DNA of 64,000 nucleotides from Octopus vulgaris (Eukaryota). A program made the translations under genes and the position numbers. Numbering within the stretch: position 1 is the first letter of the stretch; each line of letters opens with the position of its first letter. The stretch is taken from assembly GCA_951406725.2 (NCBI GenBank), contig OX597838.1, positions 25,606,001-25,670,000 of the forward strand. The letters are read 5' to 3'. Below the pieces are notes generated by a model. The model made no database searches. It was not told the DNA's origin and saw only the letters and a program-made list of their open reading frames with translations. This document shows positions 14,632 through 28,564 of this stretch, piece by piece.

Positions 14632-14815
14632 TTCTACTATAGGCACAAGGTTCAAAATTTTTCTTGGTGGGGGAACTAGGAGATGACATCAACCTTAGTA
14701 CTGGTACTTGTTTTATTGTCCTTGAAAGGATGAAAAGTAAAGTCAACCACAGTGGAATTTGAACTCAGAATGTAAAAACGGACAAAATGGTGTTAAGCAG
14801 CTCTGCCAACTTGAG
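14632..14815 (-). mobile_element. Dominant-family SINE, minus orientation
   Basis: Reverse complement of the core (ctggtact...gaaaggatgaaaagtaaagtcaac...ggaatttgaactcagaa), flanked by (AAT)n on both sides. Confidence 0.85.
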
Positions 14816-17800
14816 ACCATAATAATGATAATAATAATAATAATAATAATGATAATAATAATAATAATGTCATCATAGTTAATATCCAGCAAAATGAAAC
14901 AAACTAGATTTCAAAGAAAAAAAACTTTGCAAATTAAAATGAATTTGTGGGCCATGAGGAGGGGAGAGTCATCCATTTTGGGAGCAAGGCCACCATTTTT
15001 TTAGACAATACTTTGATACAGACTGACAACATTTTGAACCATGACATTGGTTGCAGTTACTTACAGTTCACTTATGACCTAAAAGTCTAGTGCTGTGATG
15101 AAGTTATGACAAGAGGTGTGTAATGGTAGAGTTCTTTATAACAGGGGCAAAGTGGTTGTGATTAGTTTCAGTAGAATTAACATCTTAATGAGGCAGCAAC
15201 AACAACTAATACCAACATCATTATCATGACAACCAATATCATAACAAATAGTTAATAGTCTGGTGATCCTGGAATCATCTTTCTGTGAGGACATGGTAAC
15301 ATAACCTCATTAACAAGTATAATTCTATATTCATCAAGGAAATAAGTCTGCACATGTTCTCCCTCTCTCTCTTCATATGTACAACATAGAGCTAAATCCT
15401 TATTGATATTCTCAGATCAGAGATGGCTCAGGGCAACATGGTAACAACATAAAACCAATACCCTATTGGCCTTCTTAGAACAGAGATGACCTGAGGCTGC
15501 AAAGCAATTAAAACCCAGATCTTCTTGAGCAGAACTGAATTGACATGGGCCTACACAGTAACAATTATACCCTATAGGTCTTCTCAGATCAGAGCTGACT
15601 TGGGGGTTGAGAATCTTGTGGCAACTTCACATAAATAACTGCCAAAACTATATTCCAAAAACTAAGCTCTCTCTTCAGGGCCACCAGAAAATACTCTAGC
15701 CCTGACCTTTTACAGAGCTCAAGTAAGCCACATTGCTCACCTATATAAGACCTCATTAGAATAATACTCACATAGTACATATATATATGTGTGTGGGTGT
15801 GAACTAATATCAATCGGTGAGAATGAAAGCTCAACATTGCATTGGTGGATAAATATTGTTTATTTGTGGATAAAAAAGGAAACCATTGGTTTCGTGCAAA
15901 AAAGATCTCTAGAATTATTCAAGCAACTGATTTGAGAATTCAAAATGGAGACAAGTATCATTATTTCCAAGTGGATCGCTTGAACAACTTTTTTGCTGCA
16001 TGAACCTGGTTGCTTTGTTGAGCCAGTGTGTGTATATATATATATATATAAGCTACACTGGAATACTGCTCACAAAGATGAGACCACTATAGAGTACTTC
16101 TGACGTATATGCAATGGTGACGCTGCAGTTATACATATATCCTACAACCTATTGAGGGACTACCCAAATATCTATAAAGGTGATCTGGTACACACAAACA
16201 CACACATAAATACACATAACCTAAACCAAAGTGGAGTACTGCACACACATACACACACACTGTTGTGACAGTGATGCTGCAACACATGCACATATATACA
16301 CAAATTCTAAACTATATTGGAACATTCATCATATAGTTGGGATGATGATTATACACATACACTTAGACATGTAGATACACATTGAGGTACTGCTCACCTA
16401 TTTGCAACAGCAATACTTTTTGCTAAGCATATACACAGATGCACACACACACACAATCTCGCATACACATACTCTATACTCACATTAGAATACTGTTCAT
16501 ATATTTGTAATTCTGCCTGTATCACATGCACATACACACATCTCCAAATGACTGAAAGAAGGTTAGTTGACCGATGACCAAAGATTCCTTGACCAACGCT
16601 TCTTGCGAAATGAGTAACATCTCTGGTCATTTAATAACACCCCCAATCACTGACCAATACATCTCACTACTGACCAACAAATCTAGAATTCTCTGCCTGT
16701 TCAGGAGTTTTCTGCAGATATTCAGCATCCAAATGGTCATACTGAACTTCAGCAGTCTTTGCTGCTGTGATGCTGGTCTGAGAGAAAGGTCAATAAAGGC
16801 CAAGAGGTGGGGTGGAGGTGGAGTGTATTGTTGTTTATCTTTTGACCAACTTATAGAAATAAAAGTATCAGAACATACAGCAAAGGACACTGCCATCTCT
16901 GACACATCCACCACCACCATCACCGCAAACAACTGTAACAAAACAATTAATGGAGTAAATAGCACGATTGCTAGAAATAGTAGTCAAATCTCCCTGGAAT
17001 CATAACATGACATTTTAAAAAGATAACAATGGATACTGCTAGGTCCCTAGTACACAGACAAAAATAAGGGATGATCAGGCTGCAGTGCCTTTGATCATAG
17101 GTCTACTTTATCAAGGTTTATGTAGGGCTAAAATCGACAAGAATAACAATGCCATCACTAACAACAACAACACTACTAATAACACCATCACAAACACTAT
17201 TACCAACATCACCCAGGGAGGCTTTATGTAGTTGCTTGAACTGCTAGAAATAGCAATAAAATCTCACTCAAATCACACTGTACAATCATCAGAAAGGGAA
17301 GGCTACAGTAAAAGTGATAATGTAGTCCTAGATTACCTTTGTGGTGAGGGGTGGGGGGATGGTCCTGGCCAGAACATATTTGACTATTGGTTTGCTAAGT
17401 TAGGGTTGACCTGGGGTTAAACAACAACATTAGCCATTAATATAACAGACATCGACAATGCAAATAGCACATGAAGTGATTAGAGAGACACAATGGTGTT
17501 GTACGGCCTGCTAGAAATTGCAGCCAAATCACTTTCACATCGCATACTACAGGCTTTAAAACTTGAAAGGACAGGTTGGTCATAGCTGAGTGCATTTGAT
17601 CATATGTCTGCTCATCTAGGTGAGACCTGTGGTTAAACAACTACATCACATCCTCTATATTTCCACTATTATCTCCTTTATCAAATACTAAATCAGTACA
17701 ACTAGTGGCTATGTTCATGGCAGATTGGCAGAATCGCTAGAGCACTGGACAAAATACCCTACTGTTCTATCTCTTTACATTTGGAGTTCAAATCCTGCTG

Positions 17801-17879
17801 AAGTCATTTTGATTATTTTCATACTTCTTCCAGCAGGTTGGCAAAATTAAATACTGGATGAGGGTTGTATACTGGATGA

Positions 17880-18110
17880 AGATGCATGGCTTTTGTGGTT
17901 AAGGGGTTGCACTCATGATTACAAGATTGAAGTTTTGATTCATGGACTGTGCAGTGCATTTGTGTTCATTTCATGTAGCTCCAGTCAATTCAGGTGTGAA
18001 AGTGAGAATCCCTGCGACAGACTGGTGTTCTGTTCAGGAGAGTTTGTTGTTATCTTGGACACCATGAGTCCTACGAGTCCCAGAACTAAAGAAACAGTGA
18101 TATCCAGGAG
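17880..18110 (+). mobile_element. Decayed tRNA-derived SINE (second family)
   Basis: The head gcatggcttttgtggttaagggg...gattgaagttttgattc resembles the heads at 27650 and 43441 and the element at 506-826. Confidence 0.5.
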
Positions 18111-18609
18111 TTGATAATGATGACAACTGGAGATCGATTTAGTTAACTGTTGATCTGTGCCAACATGCAGTGGACTCGCATGATACAGGACAGCTCGAAT
18201 CTCTGTCCAACCACGCAACCCTGGTGACAGATAAAGTGACATTCCTACTTGAATTACAATGCCATCACATCAATATAATCTGCCAATATAACGCCATATA
18301 TTACTGCCAACACATCACACATACATCCTATCATTCTCTCTCACTCTGTCACAGGCACACACACACACTTTTCTGTTCAAAAGCTGATGCATTAAAAGGG
18401 ATAATGAAAAAGAAAAAGATAAACAGTTGCTAAGTTTTCTTAACATTAGGATGATTGGTTGCTAGGTAGGTAGGTTGGTTGGTAGGAGTGATACAGTTTT
18501 TGTTTGATCAGCTGGTCGCTTTGGAAAGTGTAGCTGGTTGGTGATGGTTGACAATACAGCTGTATAGTATGGCTGGCTAGTTCGAAAGAATTATAGTTAT
18601 TATTATGTA

Positions 18610-19197
18610 AGGCAGCTAACTGATAGAACCATTAGCATGTTGGGAAAATGTCTTGTGGTATTTATTCAGGCTCTGTTCATTCTAAGCTGAAATCCCACTG
18701 AGGTTAACATTACCCTACATTTTCTAAAGGTTGTTAAAGTACCAGTTTAGCACTAGGGCTGATGGTATTGACTACTTACCTCACCTTAAAACTACTGCCT
18801 TATACCTAAATTAGGAACCATTACTATTATTAGTATTAAGGTAGCCAGCTAGTAGAATCATTAGCACTCTGGACAAAATTCTTTGTGGCATTTCATCTGT
18901 CTTTACGTTTTGAGTTCAAATTCCACTGAGGTCAACTTTGCTTTTCATCCTTTTGAGGTCAATAAAATAAGTACCAGTTGAACACTGGGGTTGATATAAC
19001 TGAGCTGCTCCATCCCCCTAAAATTGATGGCCCCGTACCTTTATTAAGTTTATTATTATTATCATTCTGCCAGGGTCAACTTTGCCATTCATCCTTTTCA
19101 GGGTTGATAAAATAAGTACCAGTTGGACATTAGGGTTGATTTAATCGACTCTGCCTCTACTCCAAACCTTCTGGCCTTGTGCTAAAATTTGAAACCA
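18610..19197 (+). mobile_element. Array of 3 dominant-family SINEs (third is 5'-truncated)
   Basis: Units start at ~18610, 18839 and 19066, separated by ATT tracts. Confidence 0.88.
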
Positions 19198-19214
19198 TTA
19201 TTATTATTATTATT

Positions 19215-19760
19215 TTATGGTTTAAAGGAAGAGTGAACAACACCCATGACTTCTGCTGGAGTTCTGAGACTGGCGGCGGTGGGGTGGAACTCTCAGAAGA
19301 AACCACAACAAATGGTTTGATGTTAAACCTACCACTGGTCTTATCTCTGTATGTAGTCCTTGAGTGCAGGACCTTGATGAAAGTGGGCTTCTCCAAAATC
19401 CTGCAACTGCTGAGCCATGAATCATAAACTGGGGAATGAAGAGGGCATGAGGTTTAAGTGACAGTAAATAGGGCAGCCTCCTGAGGCAATAATCTTGGGG
19501 GCCAGACCCCTCACATAGTTGTATGTTATGTATGGGGTTCGCATGGTATGTATGGTTGAACAACAAAGTTGGGTGGTATGAATCTAGCTTGGTTTTGCAA
19601 TGGTTGGCTGATTAAGATGGTATGACTCACCAGTTTATGACAATAATTTCAGGGTGTGGCTATTTAGACAAGTACCACCTGCAACACAAGACGTTAAACT
19701 TGCAGTGAAGGGAAATCTATGTCTCGGGTTCAATTTCTGATGGAAGCGTTATTCTTCTTT
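19215..19760 (-). mobile_element. GC-richer island, probably the 5' UTR region of an RTE-like LINE
   Basis: Complex ~47% GC block (by eye) inserted between ATT tracts with no credible ORF. The minus-strand start resembles RTE 5' leaders (recall only). Confidence 0.3.
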
Positions 19761-20049
19761 TTACTATTGTTGGTCAAAATTACTGTTTCTAGAAATGCAT
19801 GAATACCATAGGATCTCATTTACCAAAAGTTTTGTGCTTGCATAGATAAGAAATCCTTTTGTTTATTGTAATTTTTATTTTCAGAAAATTTTGATGTTTT
19901 TCTTTTGCTTTATTTTATTTGTTATTTTCCATTCTCCCTTTCATTTACAATTTTACTTTTTTCCATTGCTTTTTACATTATTATTATTATTATTTTAATT
20001 ATTATTATTATTATTATCATCATCATCATCATTATCATTATTATTATTT

Positions 20050-20265
20050 GGGCACTGACTTGGCAGAATTATTTAAATGTCTGACAAAATACTGTTTAGT
20101 ATTTCTTTCGGCACTTCATGTTCCGGGTTCAATCCAGCTTTGTTCAACTTTGTCTTTCATCCAACCAAGGTTGACATATTAAAGTACCAGTCAAGTACTA
20201 TAGTCAGTGATACTGACTAATACTTTCTCCTTCAAATTGCTGGTCTTGAGTCAAAATTTTCAACC

Positions 20266-20301
<36 letters not shown>

Positions 20302-20750
20302 GCTATTATTAAGGCAGTAAGCTGGCAGAGTCATTAGTACGCCAGACAAAATGCTTCAAGGAATTTCTTCTGGATTTATGCTCTGAGTTCAAATTCTACT
20401 GATGTTGACTTTGTCTTTCATCCCTTTCGGAGTTGATAAAATAAGTACTAGTTAAGCTCTGCAGGTTGATGTAATTGACTAGACCTCTCCCCACAAAACT
20501 TCAGACCTTGTGCCTGTAGTAGATAGGATTATTATTATTATTATTAATGCAGTCATTTGGTAGAATTAGTATAGTATAGGACAAGATGTCTTGCAGTATT
20601 TAATCATGGGCCCTTAATGTTCAGAGTTCAAATTCCATCTAGTTCAACTTTTATCATGTTTCATCCTTCTGAGAGTTGATAACAATAAAACCCCACCAAG
20701 TACTGGGGTCAAGGTAATTGACAAACCCCTTTCCCTGAATTTGTGTAAAC
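20050..20750 (+). mobile_element. Array of 3 dominant-family SINEs
   Basis: Starts at ~20050, 20312 and 20548 with (ATT)n spacers. Confidence 0.88.
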
Positions 20751-21339
20751 AATTATCATCATTATTTGTGTGTGTGTTTACGTATGACAAACATATATAT
20801 GTGAAACTTCAATTTCGTTTGTTTGTATGTTTGTCAGCTATTGCTGTGTCTCCATAAAAGTATTGGTTACAGGTTCAATTCTGACATCAGCTGCTGTGCC
20901 ATCAAACATCATAAATGTCTTACAATTCCATTTTTTTAAACATTTTTCTCAATACGTATGTGCATTTGTATTTATATATGTGTATGTGAGAAGGTGAATG
21001 TGTTCATGTGTGCATATCTGTGGATATGTAAGACTGTATATGTCAATGTATTTGTGCATGCTTGTGTGTATGAATGTGTGCATGTCTATGTATGTGTGTG
21101 CGTGAAACAAGGGCAAAGCAGTAAAAAAAAAAGGTGAAAAGGACGAAGAGCAATAGTTCTTCATGCAGTCTCCTGCCAATACCACCACAGCTACTCTCAA
21201 AACCTCCACAACACATCACACCCCTCTTCTTGGATTTGGAAGTTTACACACACACATACACGTATATAAGTACTGCTGTAATAACAACTACGACAACAGC
21301 AGCAATGGGACATTAGAGAGAACATGAAGACTAGCAGTG

Positions 21340-21745
21340 TTATATTACCAACAGTGACAGCTGAGTAATAGTAGCATCAAACAACAGCAGCAACAATAAT
21401 GACAACAGCAGCAGTGGCAGCAGTAATGGTGACGACAACAACAGAAGCAACAGCAGCAGCAGCAACAACAGCAGCAGCAGCAACAATAGCAGTACAACAA
21501 CAGTAGGAGCAGTTGTGACAAAAACAGCAACAGTGACAATAAGAACAAGTAAAAAAAAAAATCTGGAGTAACAACAACAAGAGCAATCGCTGCAACATGG
21601 CAAACAGCAACAACAACGACAACAACAACGACGGCCATAGCAACGGGAACAGTAGAAACTGCTGCAACAAAAGCAACAGCATAAACATCAACAACCACAA
21701 TAAAAGTAACAACAACAATAACCAAGTACAACAACAATGACAGGA
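21340..21745. repeat. Degenerate (CAA/CAG)n trinucleotide tract
   Basis: About 400 bp of mixed caa/cag/gac triplets. Confidence 0.9.
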
Positions 21746-21899
21746 ATAAAGAAAAAAAGAAAAAGAAAAGCAAGCAAATGATTAATGCTACAATGCAGAT
21801 CTTTTCCTTGTGCTGTTATGTTTTGGAGGCTAGACTTTGATTTTAATAGGGTTTTATTTATTATAACCAAATACATAAATGAAATTATTACTCCCATTA

Positions 21900-22118
21900 A
21901 GGTGGTGAGAAGGCAGAATGGTTAGCACACTGGGCAAAATGCTTAGTGGTATTTTGTCCATCCTTATGTTTTGAGTTCAATTTCCATCAAGGTTGACTTT
22001 GCCTCTCACGCTTTCGGGGTCAATAAAAAAAAAAGTACCTGTTGAGTACTAGCATCAAAGTAATTGACTATCCCCCTCCCCTAAAAATTTCTGGCCTTCT
22101 ACCTATTATTATTATTAT

Positions 22119-22166
<48 letters not shown>

Positions 22167-22882
22167 CATTATTATGAAGGCTGTGAATTGGCAGAACTGT
22201 TAGCATGCTGGGCAAAATGACACTAAGCATTTTGTTCATCTGTACGTTCTGAGTTCAAATTGCCTTTCTTTCTTCCAGGGTCAAAGAAATAAATACCAGT
22301 TGAGCACTGGGATTGATGTAATTGACTAGTTCCCCCCACCCCTCAAATTTTAGGCCTTGTGCCTATAATAGAAAGGATTATTATTATTATTATTACGATT
22401 TAGGGCAACAAGTGGTGAGAATCATTAGAAGATCTGACAAGATGCCTTGTGGCATTTGTTGTAGATTTTTATGTTCTGAGTTCAAATCCTGAGGTTTTAT
22501 CTTGGCTATCATACTTCTGGACTGATAAATAAAGAATGTGTCAAGAACTGGGGTCAAGTTCATTGATGAACTTTCCCAAAATTTTTGGCGTTGTGACCAT
22601 GCAAGAAGCAAATACTACTTTTATTATTATTATTATTATTATAATTATTATGAATGTAGCTACAAAGGCAGTGAGCTGGCAGAATTTTTAGAGCATCAGA
22701 AAAAGTGCTTTGTAGTATTTCTTGTGACTCATTACTTTCTGAGTTCAAGTTTCGCCAAGGTGGACTTTGCTTTTCCTCTTTCAGAGTTGAAAAAAAGAAG
22801 TACCAGTTAAGTACTGGGATTGATGCAATCAATTTCTCCCCTCCAATCAAAATTGCTGGCCTTGTAACAAAATTACAAAGAA
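21900..22882 (+). mobile_element. Array of 4 dominant-family SINEs
   Basis: Starts at ~21900, 22178, 22402 and 22666. Confidence 0.9.
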
Positions 22883-23223
22883 TTATGACTGTAGTACTGT
22901 GGAAAAAAAAATCTGTTTTGCGACCTAAAAAAGTTTTTTTATTTTTCACAATTCCTAATTTGTTTAAATACTGGTGTTATTGTTGTTGCTGTTGTTGTAT
23001 TTTGGCATCGTTTCCGATGATAAAAAATGCACAAATTATTAAAATACAAAAATGAAAAAAAAAAAAAAAAATCAAAGAAAATATGTATGTTGCCAAAAAC
23101 AAACTGAATATAATAAAAGGAGTAAGGGAGAGCGCTTAGAAAAAAAATTAAGAAATAAAAAAATAATTTCTTTTATTTCTATTTAAATGGAAAACAAAAT
23201 GGTAAGAAATACATATGTAAGTA

Positions 23224-23273
<50 letters not shown>

Positions 23274-24526
23274 GTATATATATATATGTACACACATGAA
23301 CATATGTAAATATTACCCTGATTTTTTTAAATCTTTATTTTGTTAAACTGTTAAAGAGTACATACATATCAATATGCATATTTCACACATACATTCACAG
23401 ATATAAATACAAATACACATTCACACACATGAGTATGTATATGTGTATACATGCAGCTGTATATGTGTTTATATATATATATATATATTCATAAATGCAT
23501 ATATATACAAAGATTATACACATACATATGCAATTAAACATACAATATTTTAGTACATACATATACATATATATATTTATATATATATGCATGTATGTAT
23601 TTGTATATACACACACAATAACATTTTAACACCAAAGAAAAAAAAACAAACAAGTACAAAAATAATGAAATTAAAAAAAGAAAAAATAAACTTTAAAGAA
23701 AATATGCATAAATAGATATTTCATAAAAGAAACAAAAAAAGAAATGATATCAAACAAAATGAGAAATAAGTGCAATGAAAGAAAGAGAGAAAGAAAGCGC
23801 AACATCTTGGAACAACACCACGTACATGTGAATAAAATTGTGAAACCAAAAAAAAAATTTAAATAAAAAATAAAAAACATCATATATCCCAGAAAGGGAA
23901 GAAAATAAAACTGAAAGCCCCCCACAAAAAAAAAAACTGACAACCAAAAAACAAAGGACAAAATTGGGAACGATTAAAAGAAAAAAGTGAAATGAAGAAA
24001 AAAGAGAGAAAGGAAAAGACCACCGTAAGGAAAGATTGGAAAAGAAAAGAAAGGAGAAAAAGATCTAAAAAGACAAAGAAAAAATGATGTGAAATTGCAG
24101 CAAAGGAACATTCTTGATTTTTTTTTTTTGCAAGAAACTCCTTAAGTCTGCAAGAGAAAAATTTGGTAATTGAGAGAGTTTTTCCCTGTAAGCTATTTAT
24201 AGTTTAGATTTTGGATTAAGGCTTAAGGTGTTAAAATAAATTAAATCTTCTTAATAATGGGTGCAGCAGGTTAACTATAAAGATAAAAAGAAATTAAAAA
24301 AAAAAGTTTCAGTAAATCTTGTGCGAAAAATATTATTTAAAATAATATAAAAATAATAAAAAAAAATGGTAAGAATAATGATAATGATTTAATATAAGAA
24401 AATGTTAACTATTATACTAAAATAATTTTTTAAAAATTGATTAATGGTAATGATTTCCTCCAGCAGCTTTTTTGATATCGGTCATGTGTAATTTGTAACG
24501 TATGTGTGTGTGTGTGCGTATGTATG

Positions 24527-24560
<34 letters not shown>

Positions 24561-24699
24561 TACATATATACACACACAAACGTACATATATATATAAATA
24601 AATGCACACACAAAAATATATCCATGTATATGTGTGTATGTGTGTGTATATATATATATATATATGTCTGCATGTATGTGTGTGTATATATATGTATAT

Positions 24700-24746
<47 letters not shown>

Positions 24747-25449
24747 TTTTGTATTATATTTTCATGCTTTTTCTTCTCTATTTCATTGAAATAATACTAT
24801 TGAAGTGAAAAAATAAATTGCTATGTTTAAGACAACACACGCACATACACATACACATCCAAACACACATCAAAATAAACACCTGCATCTAACTGAACAT
24901 GCACACATCCATTAGGCTTAGCATTATCACATCCACACTCCCATCAGAAGGTGTCAGCCAAGTCCCTAGTCGCAGGATAAAAGGTTGAAAGAAAAAACAA
25001 AAAAAAAAAACTAGGGACAATATATACTACATTACCACCTTCTCAATGATCCACCCCAATAAAAGTCTAAGCACAAGAACAGCAACAACAAAAATAATGA
25101 AAATTAAGGATCAAAATTAAAACATAAAACAAGCCCAGCAAGTTTGCAGTCCCATGACTGACACAAGTAGAGTAATAACAAAATGAAAAGACACAAACAT
25201 ACATTCACACATGTATATATGTATGTACACACATACACATATATATGTAAGAAAGTATATATGATTACATTAGTAAATAGCACAAACTAAAATGTGGAAT
25301 CCTAAATGGGGTATTCCCGATGGGATTGAAGCCAAAGCTAATTCTCTGACAACAGTACAAATCTCTTATATGGCACTACATTACTTCAAACTTTGGACAT
25401 TTGCAATTACATACTTCCTAATATACATGTGTATATATATATAATTATG

Positions 25450-25680
25450 GGTGCAGCATACTGCCAAAATTGGTAGAGAACCAGGCAAGTTCCTTGTGTT
25501 ATTTGGGCCCTTGACATTAAGTATTAATGTTAAATCAAACCAAGTTCAACTTGCCTTTCATCCTTCTGATGAAAATGAATGCAAAATGCATCGGTCTTCA
25601 AGTACTGAGGTTGATATATTAATCAACCATGGATATTCCCTGAAAATATCAGGGATTCTTATTGTACATGTGAAAATTAT
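25450..25680 (+). mobile_element. Old, diverged dominant-family SINE
   Basis: Core caacttgcctttcatccttc...aagtactgaggttgat is recognisable. Confidence 0.65.
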
Positions 25681-25779
25681 AAAGCAACTCTTTGTCATAT
25701 TGATGTGTAGATACATGCATGCATGCGTGCATACACACACACACACACACACATGTATATATATATGTATGTATGTATG

Positions 25780-25811
<32 letters not shown>

Positions 25812-26592
25812 CACACACACACATATGTAGATAGGAGATAAATATGTACATGTACACACACACATATATATACATACACACACACACATTGAGTTTCATA
25901 TAAATGGATATATTAATATCTTTGCAACATGGCAACTGGCCATGAGGTAAGAATAGAAATACACATATATAACACACACACACACAAATATATCCAATTA
26001 AACACTCAATATACATTTTACTCTCAAATAAAATTTAAAAGTTTCAAAAACTGACAATATTTGAGCTTTAAATAAGGAATCAAAACTGATTTGAAAAGTA
26101 TGGTAAAATAAAATATAAATAAATAAAATTCCAATGATAATATAAAAAGAATCATTGAAATCAATAAAATTTCCTTTTCTTTTTACAATTTTTTTCTACA
26201 TTTTTCAGACACCATCACTACTACAATCACCCCTAGTAGAATTAATATACTATAACAAACACCAGTACTACAACCATCACTGCTACAGATGCAACTGTGG
26301 CTAACATCCTCACTTTTTTTGCTCCTCCCCCACAGATACTCACACCACCGCTATCATTCTCACTATAAACACCACTACCCTACTCCCACAACTAGCACCT
26401 CTAGTATATCATTATTTACAATCATTATTATTTCCCCACCTCCTATACCTCCCTAGTTTTCAGGCAGAAATATAAAGAAATAAGAATATGTATAGGAATA
26501 TCTCACTATACATACAACACACACTCATACATAAGTAATGAAGCGGAAAATATAAGTAAGTTGAATAACTCATTTTCATAGAATTTATATCC

Positions 26593-26674
26593 ACCAGAAT
26601 TTAAATCATAAATGAAGTTCTGCTACTATAGTCAACTAAATTGGCAGGTTATTATTTATGATTTGAATCCTGGT
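26593..26674 (+). other. 82-nt imperfect hairpin
   Basis: accagaatttaaatcataaatga (26593-26615) pairs with ttatttatgatttgaatcctggt (26652-26674) at 22/23 positions including G.U pairs. The inner stem is tctgcta/tggcagg. Confidence 0.75.
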
Positions 26675-27092
26675 TTTAAAAAAATTGCTGATTTTTGGCA
26701 CCATGAAACCTTAGGTTCTATAAATTTGACAGAAAATTGCTTTTACAAATAATACATATATATACATACAGACATGCAATATATATAAAACACTTTTCAG
26801 ATCTTAAAATAGGAAAGTCATCATCAAAATCATGATCACCATTATGATCATCATAAAAATAAACAATAAGCCTAAAATGGTAATTGATTGGCAATAATAA
26901 TCTCAATGAAAATAACAATTATTATCATTATTACTATTAATTATCACAAGGGCAGCAGTTGGTAGAAGCTGGAGAGTTGCTGGACTCAGTGTGCTATGAA
27001 GCATACTTATCTCCCTTTATGGCTTGACTTCACTAGTTTAGTTAGTGCTAACACACTTAACACAGTGAGCAACACAATCTTAATTATAGGCA

Positions 27093-27305
27093 AGGTGGTG
27101 AGCTGGCAGACTCGTTAGCATGCTGGATGAAATGCTTAGTGGTATTTCTTCTGTATGTTCTGAGTTCAAATTCCACTCAGGTCAACTTTGCCTTTCATCC
27201 TTTCGGGGTCAATAAATTAAGTACCAGTTGTGTACTGAGGTCGATCTCTAATTGACTGGCCCTACCTCCCCAAAAATTTCGGGTCTTGTGCCTAAAGTTG
27301 AAAAG
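27093..27305 (+). mobile_element. Young dominant-family SINE with perfect 15-bp TSD
   Basis: aatcttaattatagg occurs at 27076-27090 and 27306-27320. Confidence 0.93.
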
Positions 27306-27649
27306 AATCTTAATTATAGGTATGTCTTTTCGATGACAAATTTCTTTTTAAAAATTAAATTTTAAAATGTTTCTCAGCATATCTTTGAAGTGGATTTTAT
27401 TTTAAATAAGCTAAATTAAAACTTAACTCATGTACAATTTTACACCTTCACTTGGTGATTCTCTCTCCTCACTATTTTGGAAATTTAAGTCTGATGAAGT
27501 TGAAACATGCTCTTAGTTGTTTTCCATACTAGTTGAAATGATCAATATTAATTTTTATTAATATTCTTAAATGATCAATATTAGATATTGAGAAAACTAA
27601 TGTTTTAGTCACCAAATAAGGATTTTTAATAATCCTATTGTTAAGTGAA

Positions 27650-27950
27650 GTCATGTAGCCTAGTGGTTAAAGATGCTACACTCACAATTGCTAGATTGCC
27701 TTTTCAATCCCTGGACCAGGCAGAGCATTGTGTTCTTGAGCCAGACATTTCATTTCATGTTGCTCTGTGGTCATCTCAATATCTGATGTAAGGCACACTT
27801 GTGCACCTGTACAGGATATGTCGATTTGACATGGGGAGTGAGCTAATGTACTGCATATGCAATTGATCACTATGAACGAATCATTTGTGCAAGCTGTTCA
27901 GCAAAAACCTGGACACTCATATGTCACTTTTGACAGGAGATTCCATCATT
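27650..27950 (+). mobile_element. tRNA-derived SINE (second family)
   Basis: A box tagcctagtggttaa, decayed B box ttttcaatccc, then tgtgttcttgagccagacatttcatttc (shared with 43441 and 506-826). Confidence 0.7.
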
Positions 27951-28511
27951 GACACACACAGCATTTATATATGTTAACACTAACTCATCTATCAGCTAGC
28001 AGTATTTTGTATGTCCCAGGTCAGACCTCAGACATGGGGAAAGCAACACAAGGGTTGAATAGCAATCCTTGCCCACAGAAGCAAGCTGTATTTGCTCCTC
28101 CACCAATGGTACTCATTAAAATGCTATAATCATGGTCATTTCTCCACTAGGTGGTAATTCTAAACAACTTGCTTGCCAATTGTGATAATTCCATTTTCAA
28201 ACTTATAATAAATTATATGTCGAAACATAAGTGAATGGTAACTGGTTTATAAACCAACTAATTACAACTAAATTAATGATGATCAAGCAATTTTTTTAAA
28301 CTAATGATCTCATCTCTTTCACATAAGCACATGAATGCCCACACATGCACACACACATGTACATATGTATAAAAACTTATACTTTTCTCTCTTTTTACAT
28401 ATATATATTTCTACACACGTGTATGTGTTTATGAGTGTGTGTGTATTAATCTGTCTATCTATCAATCTATATATATATACATATATATATGTACGTATAT
28501 GTATGTATGTA

Positions 28512-28564
<53 letters not shown>

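Noticed and set aside
16574-17005. 143-aa ORF and overlapping 112-aa antisense ORF
   Set aside because: No recognisable domain. It spans tgaccaa repeats, a CAC/CAA tract and the start of a dispersed repeat.
19861-19998. Acceptor-like ttttattttcag followed by hydrophobic KILMFFFCFILFVIF, a possible alternative syntaxin TM exon
   Set aside because: T-rich low-complexity DNA gives F/I/L by default, there is no real similarity to syntaxin tails, and the frame runs into an ATT repeat. Junction reads would be needed.
21340-21773. Poly-Leu/Val/Cys or poly-Gln/Asn ORFs
   Set aside because: A CAA/CAG trinucleotide tract open in several frames, with no flanking splice sites or complex coding sequence.
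27488-27515. ctgatgaagttgaaac as a hammerhead core
   Set aside because: No stem II and no closing stem I could be found.
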